DNA of 12,280 bases from Prasinococcaceae sp. CCMP 1430 (Eukaryota > Plantae > Prasinodermophyta): positions 74,630 to 86,909 of the forward strand of contig RQSC01000908.1 of NCBI GenBank assembly GCA_013416795.1, in the 5' to 3' direction. The notes under the pieces were generated by a model. That model searched no databases. It worked only from the letters and a program-made list of their open reading frames with translations, and was not told the origin of the DNA. This document shows positions 7,711-12,280 of the stretch, piece after piece. The translations under genes and the position numbers were made by a program. Within the stretch, counting starts at the first letter, position 1. Each line of letters starts with the position of its first letter.

Positions 7711-7969
7711 GGCCGCGCGCCGGCGGAGGGAGGCGAGCAGGCGACCAGGCGCGTGCGCGCGTGCGTGGCAGCGGTGCGGCCTTGGGTGGCGTGTGTGTGT
7801 GTGCGTGTGGTGGTGGGCGGGTGGGTGTGTTGGGGGGGACGGGTGCCGCGCGCGGTGTGGCGGCGGCGGCCGTGCCTCCGCGCGGGTCAAACGCGCGCGC
7901 ACGCGCCCGCATCCCGCCCCCATCAAAACGCACCCTTTTTGCGGAAATGAGTGAACCCTACAGTACATC

Positions 7970-7978
7970 AAACCCTAA
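7970..7978 (+). promoter_or_regulatory. Telo-box-like element (AAACCCTAA) in the PDCD5/gene 5 divergent region
   Basis: Exact AAACCCTAA, plus AACCCTA at 7954-7960 and AACCCT at 8041-8046, inside an AT-richer island. Telo-boxes are established plant promoter elements; function here is inferred. Confidence 0.5.
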
Positions 7979-8037
7979 TTCTGATCGCACCATCAAAAGT
8001 CACGCGCTTTCAGCTTCGATAGCCCCGAACTCGGGAG

Positions 8038-9018
8038 ATGAACCCTGATCGAGAGGGTTATTATCCGGAGGTGCGGCAGAGCGTGCGAGAGGGGCGCGCC
8101 TCACCCCACGCTCCCCCCCCCCCCCCCTCCTGCCTGGCTGTGCGCCCGCCCGCCAGCGCGGGAGGGTGGCGGGAGGCCTTCAGGTGGTCGCCTCGCTCGG
8201 GGCGCCGCCGCCGCCGCGGCGCGGCGCGGCGCGGCGCGACGCGGCGGCAGCGCGGCGAGGAGGGCGCGCGCGAGCGGCCGCGCGACTGCGTGGGGCAGGC
8301 CGCCCCTGCGGACAGCGGCGGCAACGCGTGGCGCATCGGCGACACCGGCGTCGAGGTGGCGCCGGGTGAAGCACCGGCGAGCAGCTGCATCAAGTGCTTC
8401 GGCGTGACCTTCGTGGCGTGTCCGAGGTGCCAGATGCAGGACGCGCAGAGCTGCCCGCTCTGCGGCGGCAAGGGCCTCGTGCCGTGCCCGCTGTGTAACG
8501 CTGCCGCGGCGGAGCGCGTGGAGGGTGCGGCCATGTCAGTGGAGGAGAGACGAGCGAGCGTCGCGTCGCCGTGGGAACCGCCCGACGCGCGAGGCACGAG
8601 GGACAGCGAGAGGCCGCGCCAGGTTGAGGGCGCAGGCGTTGCTGACGAGAGCGCGGTGGGGGCAGTCGTTGACGCCATCGACAGCCGGCCGGAAGCACGG
8701 GCGAACGCACTCCAGGGGGGAGCGGGCTCTAGCGACGGCAGCAGCGCGGGGAAGCGGCCCCGGCGCAAAATGTCCGCCGAGCACCGCGCCAAGATCTCAG
8801 CCTCCATGAAAGGCAAAAACCGAGCGCGCAAGAGCGAAGAGCACCGAGCGGCCATCAGCGACGCGATGCGCGACGCCCTCGCCGCGCCCGAGGTGCGACA
8901 GCGCATGAGCAAGGGCAGGCGCGCCGCGGGGCACAGGTGCAGCATCTGCGGGCAGGAGGGGCACAACAGGAGGACGTGCCCGCTAATACGGGTCTCAAAG
9001 TCGAAGAACGCGGGGTAG
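8038..9018 (+). CDS. Protein with a DnaJ-type Cys-rich zinc finger, NUMOD3-like repeats and a CCHC zinc knuckle; start uncertain
   Basis: CIKCFG, CPRC, CPLCGGKG and CPLC at 8386-8496. KMSAEHRAKISASMKGK at 8767-8817 and KSEEHRAAISDAMR at 8830-8871. CSICGQEGHNRRTC (CX2CX4HX4C) at 8938-8979. The Arg/Ala-rich N-terminus runs through a poly-C tract, so the true start may differ. Confidence 0.8.
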   Translation: MNPDREGYYPEVRQSVREGRASPHAPPPPPSCLAVRPPASAGGWREAFRWSPRSGRRRRRGAARRGATRRQRGEEGARERPRDCVGQAAPADSGGNAWRIGDTGVEVAPGEAPASSCIKCFGVTFVACPRCQMQDAQSCPLCGGKGLVPCPLCNAAAAERVEGAAMSVEERRASVASPWEPPDARGTRDSERPRQVEGAGVADESAVGAVVDAIDSRPEARANALQGGAGSSDGSSAGKRPRRKMSAEHRAKISASMKGKNRARKSEEHRAAISDAMRDALAAPEVRQRMSKGRRAAGHRCSICGQEGHNRRTCPLIRVSKSKNAG

Positions 9019-9132
9019 GAGTCTAGCTAGCTTCGGCGCGCACGGGACCTCGCGGCGCCTTGCGCCATCGAATGTACACAACGCATTATCTGTACGCGGC
9101 GCGGAACATGCAACCCGCGGCCGCCTCGGCGC

Positions 9133-10218
9133 TCACGCGGCGCTGACCGGGTCGTCCGAGAATGTCTGCATGACGAAGCGTCGCCACTCGAGTTCGCTGA
9201 AGTGCATGTGCGCTCCTGGCGTGGTCGCGTACGAGAGCTGCGAGGCGACCAACGTCAGCACCGAGCCTCGGGCGCGCGCACTGGCAAGGCAGCGCAGGCG
9301 AGTGGCGCGAGCGCGCGCGGGCACGCTCCGCCAGACGCACCCTTCCGCTCTTTTCCAGCGTGGACAGTCCGAGCGTGTCATTGGAATACACAGGGGTGGT
9401 GTGTCCATCGACGGCCTCGAAGCTCCCATCCGGAGCGAGCACGTCGTACCCGAAGTAGGCCGAGACCGGTGGCTGCACGACCTCGTCTTCGGTCGCCTTC
9501 ACGAGCAGGACTTTCTCGAGCGACAGCATGTTCTGCTTGTAGGTCGAGTTGAAGGAGGAGAGCTGATTGAGGTCCGCGAGAAAGGTGCAGCCCTTGATGA
9601 AGGCGTTGACCCGCGCCGGGTCGCGGTAGTAGTTTGCCGGCGCGATGGCCTTTTGGGCCAGCCGCGTGTACGCCAGGTCGCCGAGGAACTCAGCGTAGTA
9701 CTTGCAAAAGGGCTCGCTGACGTTGCAGCTGGGGAAGCCCGAGACGCCGCCGTGCGGGCCGTGCATCGACACGTAGCGCCTCACCGGCGGGTCGTTGTAT
9801 CGCTGGATGTAGCCGCGGATGACCAGGTTGCCCTGGCTGTACCCGATTGCGTTGAATCCGCCGGCCAGCTTCGGGTCGTTCTGCACGGTGGCGGCGAATA
9901 CCTCGATCTGCTGGTCGAGCGGCATGACGAACGAGTTCTCGCGGTCGACAGCATCGCTGTGCGCGCGTTCGCGAGGGGAGGGGGCCGGTGGCGGCGGAAC
10001 GGTGAGCGCGGGCGAGGGCGGCAGTGCGAGGCCGCAACGCGCCCGGCTCGCGCGAGAGCGCACCTTCGACCGATGCGCACGCTCGCGGAGTAGACGCCGA
10101 GCAGCTCGCCCGCGAGCGCGCGGTAGTGCTCCATGCCCGCCGACCCGGCCGCGTCGCCGAGGCCGTGCATCGCGACGACCGGCCCGGGCTCAGCGATGGC
10201 GACGAGGTGAATGTGCAT
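9133..10218 (-). CDS. PPT1: Palmitoyl-protein thioesterase (PPT1 family); exons 10218..10064, 9956..9341 and 9237..9133; true N-terminus doubtful
   Basis: PVVAMHGLGD, GFNAIGYSQG (nucleophile Ser), ANYYRDP, FLADLN, EDEVVQP (Asp) and PGAHMHF (His). Both introns restore the frame. No signal peptide precedes the first strand. Confidence 0.93.
9238..9340 (-). other. 103-bp phase-0 intron in PPT
   Basis: AGG|GTGCGT donor, GCTGAC branch point and CGCAG acceptor; gives KSGR|LSYATTPGAH. Confidence 0.9.
9957..10063 (-). other. 107-bp phase-2 intron in PPT
   Basis: AG|GTGCGC donor, GCTCAC branch-like site and CACAG acceptor; gives VRIGRS-DAVDRENSF. Confidence 0.88.
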
Positions 10219-10378
10219 TTTACGAGCGCGAGAGACGCAGACTCAGACGGAGACACGCTGAGCGACTCGAAGGAGATCGAAATCGGCACCGATCCGAACA
10301 ACGCGGACACAGACTATGACGGTCTCTTTGACGGCGCGGAGCTCTCCATGGGCACCGACCCGAACAACCCGGACACGN
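10186..10378 (+). other. Fragment of bacterial-type thrombospondin type-3 (TSP3-like) Asp-rich repeats, about 3 units, followed by a single N at 10378
   Basis: Translates as GLSDGDEVNVHFTSARDADSDGD / TLSDSKEIEIGTDPNNADTDYD / GLFDGAELSMGTDPNNPDT. DNA repeats at 10285-10310 and 10351-10376 match at 24 of 26 nt with a 66-bp period. There is no in-frame ATG upstream of it. Confidence 0.8.
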
Positions 10379-10425
10379 CGTCGGCGTGCTCGTCGAGTAT
10401 CATCTCGTGCTGCGCGCGGTTGCGG

Positions 10426-11532
10426 ATGTCCGAGTGCGCCGAGTGCGCACCGCCAGAGGAGGCTCGGCGCCAGGCCCGGGGGGCTGCGGAGGGCCTTGGC
10501 GGCATGGTGCTCGGGCTGGCGCTCGCTGCCGGGGCAAGCGACGTCGTCCGGGCCGTGGTCGCCGCGGTTGCGGCGGAGTGGGTCGGCGCCGAACGCGGGC
10601 GCCGTGCCGCACGTGCGGAGGGGGACGACCTTCGTCAAGAAGTCGCCCGGACGCTGGCGCGGCTGGGCTGCGTCTGCAGGAGCCTGAGGGCCGCGGCGGG
10701 CGAAGGCGCGAGCCCGCTGTGGCGAGCGCTGTGCGAGGACGACTGGCGAGCAGTCCCGCGGCGGGCGCATTCGGCCCCCGTCGTGCGCGCGCGCGCGCTG
10801 CTCGACACTGGCAGGATTGGCTGGAAGGACGCTTGGGCCCGCGTGCGGCTCGAAGCGAAGCGCACCGTGCTGCTGCCCGAAGACTTGTTGGACGAGCACG
10901 CGCGCTGGTACTACCGCTTCAGGGAGGGTGCGGGCGAGCACTGGACGACGAACGACCCGTGGTGGCGCGGCGAAGAGGCGTCTCGCGTGGTTTTCAGCGC
11001 GGACGGCCGCCTGCGCCGATCCGGCGGCTGGCGAGACGCCGATGAGGGCGAGCTCTGCCTGCGCTGGCGCCTCGCGCGTGGCGGCGCAGCGCTGCGCGTG
11101 TGGGTGAACGGCAACCCGGCGCCAACGTACAAGGTCGTTCGATGTGAGGCGAGCTGGCATTTCGTCGTCACGTCCTGCTGGGGCGTGTACATGTGCGGCG
11201 ACATGCCGCGGCGCGGCAGCGGCGCGCCGGAGCTGGAGGACGATGCGCTGGGCACCAGCGTGCAGGATCAGATTGGCGAGGCGGCCGTCTACAACGAGCT
11301 CCTGGGGTCCACCGACGACGCGCAGCCAGCGTTCCTCGCCCTCGACGACGAGATCGACGGGGGTGGGAGGGGCGCGGGCAGAGGCACCGCGCGTGCGAGC
11401 CGCGGGGCCGGGCCCCCATCGGTGAAGCTGTGGCACGACCGCGCACAAGAGATGACTCTCGAGCGCCTCGCCGAGCACTTCGCCGGTGGCATCTATGAGG
11501 CGGCAGCGGAGCTAGCAGCGGAGCTAGAGTAG
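10426..11532 (+). CDS. F-box-like protein with a Trp-rich C-terminal domain of unknown function
   Basis: LARLGCVCRSLRAAA...LWRALCEDDW resembles the second half of an F-box motif. It is followed by WYYRF..AG..W...DPWW.G, LRWR, VNG.P and WGVY. ATG at 10426 (alternative 10504); single exon ending at TAG 11530-11532. Confidence 0.6.
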   Translation: MSECAECAPPEEARRQARGAAEGLGGMVLGLALAAGASDVVRAVVAAVAAEWVGAERGRRAARAEGDDLRQEVARTLARLGCVCRSLRAAAGEGASPLWRALCEDDWRAVPRRAHSAPVVRARALLDTGRIGWKDAWARVRLEAKRTVLLPEDLLDEHARWYYRFREGAGEHWTTNDPWWRGEEASRVVFSADGRLRRSGGWRDADEGELCLRWRLARGGAALRVWVNGNPAPTYKVVRCEASWHFVVTSCWGVYMCGDMPRRGSGAPELEDDALGTSVQDQIGEAAVYNELLGSTDDAQPAFLALDDEIDGGGRGAGRGTARASRGAGPPSVKLWHDRAQEMTLERLAEHFAGGIYEAAAELAAELE

Positions 11533-11597
11533 AGAGGGCAGCGTGCGAGTGCCACCGGGCCATGGCCTGCTCGGTCGGCTGGTTAAGAATGCTCTCT

Positions 11598-12280
11598 TCA
11601 GAAGCGCAACATGTCCCGCGTCATGGCCGTCGGCTCTCTCCCGAGCTTCTCCATTTTCTCGGCGCTGCGCGATGCGCAAGGGGTGTTGCCAGGGGTCAGC
11701 GCGTGCACGCGCGAGCGCGCGAACGCGAAGTGGGCGAAAGGAACGCCTTCGTGCACGCACCTGGTGAAGCCGTTCTCCACGTTTGCGAGGTCCTCGCCGA
11801 AGCGTGCGAGCGCCCCCTGTGAGATCGCTCAGAGTGGTGGTGGTGGGCAGCGCGGGCGGCGGCACGCAGCGGCGGGCGTCAGCGGCGCAGCGCGTGCGCC
11901 GTTCGCCGCGGCGCCTGCGAGCCGCACGCGCCCACCCGCACTCAATCCGCTGCGCGTCTTGCGCGGAGGCAGACGCACCGCCAGGTCCTTGGGCGGCTCC
12001 CGGCAGCTCTCTTCCACTTTGCACGACGCGTCGTACTCGGGGGTGCCCCGCTTTGCGAGATTCTCGAGCTGCTTGCGCCGCTCGGCCTCGAGGTCGATTT
12101 TATAGTTGAACGACTCGGAGCGCTCCTCGAAGGACGCCTGCGTCGCACGCTGTGCCTCCTCGTCCATGAATACGATCTGCGCGGCGCCTGCGCCGCGCGG
12201 CGCGCCCAGCAGACCGTACGCCAGCAGCGCGCCCCCCGCCGCCAGCTTGGCGTACTCGAGCGCGCGCGCGGCGCCGCCGC
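11598..12280 (-). CDS. Unknown protein, 5'-partial; exons >12280..11979, 11816..11761 and 11664..11598; possible thylakoid-lumen precursor
   Basis: Two introns (11817-11978 and 11665-11760) have GTGCGT donors and CAG acceptors and splice in frame to ...KDLA|GALARFGEDLANVENGFTS|AEKMEKLGREPTAMTRDMLRF*. The hydrophobic stretch LAAGGALLAYGLLGAPRGAGAA precedes QIVFMDEE. Confidence 0.75.

Noticed and set aside
7954-7978. Telomerase RNA template or interstitial telomere
   Set aside because: These are isolated, non-tandem AACCCTA copies in a promoter island; a telo-box is the simpler explanation.
8767-8979. Homing endonuclease or retroelement gag remnant
   Set aside because: No GIY-YIG, HNH, RT, protease or integrase motifs, no terminal repeats, and the ORF sits in ordinary gene spacing.
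10024-11532. 502-aa ORF as a single TSP3/F-box fusion protein
   Set aside because: It starts at a GTG inside a PPT intron on the opposite strand, crosses the N, and has no ATG before the third TSP3 unit, so it is most likely a chance in-frame join.
2814-11532. Functional proteostasis cluster (HRD3, P4H, PDCD5, PPT, F-box)
   Set aside because: The genes belong to different compartments and pathways, have mixed orientation, and dense adjacency is normal in compact algal genomes.
3175-11978. Introner-type repeated introns
   Set aside because: The six introns share only splice signals and CG tracts, not extended sequence similarity.

Overview
Gene-dense, very GC-rich eukaryotic DNA with short GT-AG introns. 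Donors are mostly GTGCGY, branch points GCTGAC-like, and (CG)n tracts are frequent. A compact prasinophyte-type green alga is my inference; the taxon cannot be proven from this window. Eight protein genes are supported: (1) a low-complexity protein with a degenerate PHD-like finger and recent internal tandem repeats (+); (2) a SEL1L/HRD3-like Sel1-repeat protein (-) ending in HREL with no visible C-terminal anchor; (3) a prolyl 4-hydroxylase with a ShKT domain (+); (4) PDCD5 (-, 2 exons); (5) a protein combining a DnaJ-type zinc finger, NUMOD3-like repeats and a CCHC knuckle (+); (6) palmitoyl-protein thioesterase (-, 3 exons); (7) an F-box-like protein (+); (8) a 5'-partial unknown protein with a thylakoid-transfer-like signal (-, at least 3 exons). 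Between genes 6 and 7, a 192-bp bacterial-type TSP3 repeat fragment plus a single N sits where a divergent promoter and the PPT signal peptide are expected. This is either an assembly chimera or a real insertion. I found no CRISPR array, transposon, tRNA or rRNA, and no convincing multi-gene novel system. The best leads are single-gene oddities and one unexplained ~700-bp locus (4600-5300).
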